NCBI GenBank assembly: GCA_032718475.1
Contig: JAUCBJ010004628.1
Span: 1-51,255 of the forward strand
Length of the DNA stretch: 51,255 nt
Direction of reading: 5' to 3'
Source: Nemertoderma westbladi
Taxonomy: Eukaryota > Animalia > Xenacoelomorpha
Shown: in pieces, positions 49,354 through 51,255 of the stretch
Layout: every line of letters begins with the position of its first letter
How positions within the stretch are numbered: the stretch's first letter is position 1
Position numbers and translations under genes: made by a program
Notes under the pieces: model-generated
What the model was told of the DNA's origin: nothing
Databases searched by the model: none
Seen by the model: only the letters and a program-made list of their open reading frames with translations

Positions 49354-49858
49354 ACGTTTAAATTATGGTTTTGTTCAGAAATGGAAAAAATGAGAAAGCG
49401 CGTCACCGGGGGTTGAACCAGCGCTATACGTACGTTTCAGCCTATCAGGCCTCATCAGTAGCGCTAACCAGTTCAGCCACTTGTCCCTGACATTCACTCT
49501 CTCACCTAATCCACTTCTATTGAACAGGCAGTCTTAGGTTGCATATCCTATTTCTATCATCGGACCTACCGGCCTCAAGTGTGTTAGAGTGAAACAGGAG
49601 GGAAGTACAAATAAATAAAAATTCAGCTCGAGTATTGCTGCCAGGTGATATTAATAAATTAATTGAAGTTGAGCTGTTAATGCCACTGTAATTAAAGGTG
49701 TATTATGGTTTTGTTCAGAAATGGTAAAATAGGCTAAAACGTACGTATAGCGCTGGTTCAACCCCCGGTGACGCGCTTTCTCATTTTTTCCATTTCTGCA
49801 CAAAACCATAATATTACACCTTTAATTACAGTTGCATTAACAGCTCAACTCGAATTCA
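49354..49858. mobile_element. Second copy of the hammerhead retroelement (1.1 monomers on -, plus an inverted truncated arm)
   Basis: ATTATGGTTTTGTTCAGAAATGG recurs at 49362 and 49702 (340-nt period); the + arm 49730-49858 starts inside the hammerhead; 13-bp direct repeat TTCCTTTTTTTAA at 49341-49353 and 49859-49871. Confidence 0.8.
49414..49475 (-). ncRNA. Type I hammerhead ribozyme
   Basis: Identical over this span to the 16558-16619 copy: CTGATGA / GAAA core, stem I AGCGCTA:TAGCGCT, palindromic stem III ACGTACGT. Confidence 0.8.
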
Positions 49859-50012
49859 TTCCTTTTTTTAATAACTTTTGTGTCTTTTTATATCTTTATC
49901 TAGTTTGTCATTAAAAAAGCACTAAGCAGCAAAAAAAATTACAGTATAGGCCTACTGTAGTCTAGTACAAACATTGAAGTCACATGAACACAGAATAGAT
50001 AGTACTGTACAA

Positions 50013-50533
50013 TCCCAAAGCTGAAATAGTACAGTCCCAGAGCTGAAATAGTACAGTCCCAGAGCTGAAATAGTAGGCCCTACAGTCCCTGAGCTGAAAT
50101 AGTAGAGTCCCAGAGCTGAAATAGTATAGTCCCCCCAGAGCTGAAATAGTAGAGTCCCCCCAGAGCTGAAATAGTACAGTCCCAGAGCTGAAATAGTATA
50201 GCCCCCCAGAGATGAAATAGTACAGTCCCATAGCTGAAATAGTACAGTCTCAGAGCTGAAATAGTACAGTCCCAGAGCTGAAATAGTACAGTCCCAGAGC
50301 TGAAATAGCACAGTCCCAGAGCTGAAATAGCACAGTCCCAGAGCTGAAATAGTACAGTCCCTGAGCTGAAATAGTACAGTCCCAGAGCTGAAATAGTACA
50401 GTCCCAGAGCTGAAATAGTACAGTCCCAGAGCTGAAATAGTATAGTCCCACCAGAGCTGAAATACAGTAGTATAGTCCCACCAGAGCTGAAATAGTATAG
50501 TCCCAGTTCCCAGAACTGAGATAGTATAGTCCC
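50013..50533. repeat. ~22-bp tandem repeat
   Basis: Unit CCCAGAGCTGAAATAGTACAGT; explains the repetitive ORFs at 49952-50610. Confidence 0.95.
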
Positions 50534-50774
50534 AATGCAAGGGGAGTGAGGTTGCAGACCCAGGATAGTACAGTCACGTAAAATACCCAGCTGACTTCGT
50601 TTATCTCCATATTAATTAAGTTAAAGCCAGAGAATTCAATTCAATAATACAACTCATCCATGTTGATGGAAAACAACTGAGGGAGAAAGTTCAGAAGAAA
50701 ACTCTTCCACTCCATCATCTATCTCTGATAGTTATCAATGTGCTGCGATTATTTAGCCTTTTTGCATCCTAAAG

Positions 50775-50868
50775 GTTTCCAGAAACTAGAAAGCCAGCAA
50801 GCTGGCTGGAAGGAGCCCTGGGGAGGAATCCTAGCCAAGACTATTACAAAGAACTATGTCAGTCAGCA
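50775..50868 (+). CDS. Candidate internal exon
   Basis: ttttgcatcctaaag|..|gtaagt; phase 2 to 0, FPETRKPASWLEGALGRNPSQDYYKELCQSA; compatible with a phase-2 donor AATAG|gttgga near 48945. Confidence 0.4.
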
Positions 50869-51255
50869 GTAAGTAAACTAAACAATTGTCTAAACTGTAA
50901 GGCGTGAGGATAGCTGACTTTGTGGCTCGCCCCACATAATAAGAAATTAAACTTTGCTACCACTAACAAAAATATAATTTGAAGCAAATAATTTCATTAT
51001 CAAGTACGTTTACAAGATATAAGATTATCGAATATTTACTAGTGAAGGGCCTGGCGGCCCGATAAGGAACCGACCTTTTTCATTTCATAAAAAACAGTCA
51101 ACTGGTAGGGGTTACGAATTTGAGTTCCTGGTAACAAATCTGAGTTTCTAGTTACAAATCTGAGTCTTTTAACAAATGGGAGTTCCCGGTTACAAATCGG
51201 AGTGCCTGATTACGAATTGGCGTTTTAAACATTAATTTTACAGTTTTATATTTTA

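Overview
AT-rich eukaryotic genomic DNA, most likely from an invertebrate animal: GT-AG introns, RFX X-boxes, animal-type transposons, and no operons, rRNA or CRISPR. Host genes: a clear TPPP/p25-alpha gene (-, 20297-20809); a two-exon gene for a 78-aa secreted Cys-containing peptide (-, 954-1626) that the ORF track only half sees; the 3' part of a spliced + strand gene with a Lys-rich tail (exons 9296-19370); an orphan ~360-aa spliced gene (38093-40069); and candidate exons of a further + gene from ~42.8 kb past the window end. Most of the rest is mobile or repetitive DNA: RTE and CR1/L2 LINE remnants, a TTAA-flanked Kolobok-type transposon with a frameshifted transposase, a four-level nest (foldback > Academ > MITE > solo LTR), many MITEs and five minisatellite arrays. 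The most striking feature is a ~340-nt non-coding retroelement (retrozyme or Penelope-pLTR-like) carrying a type I hammerhead ribozyme between tRNA-like Pol III A/B boxes. It is inserted twice (16.5 kb, 49.4 kb), each time as inverted arms with 13-14 bp target-site duplications. All calls were made by eye; no searches were run.
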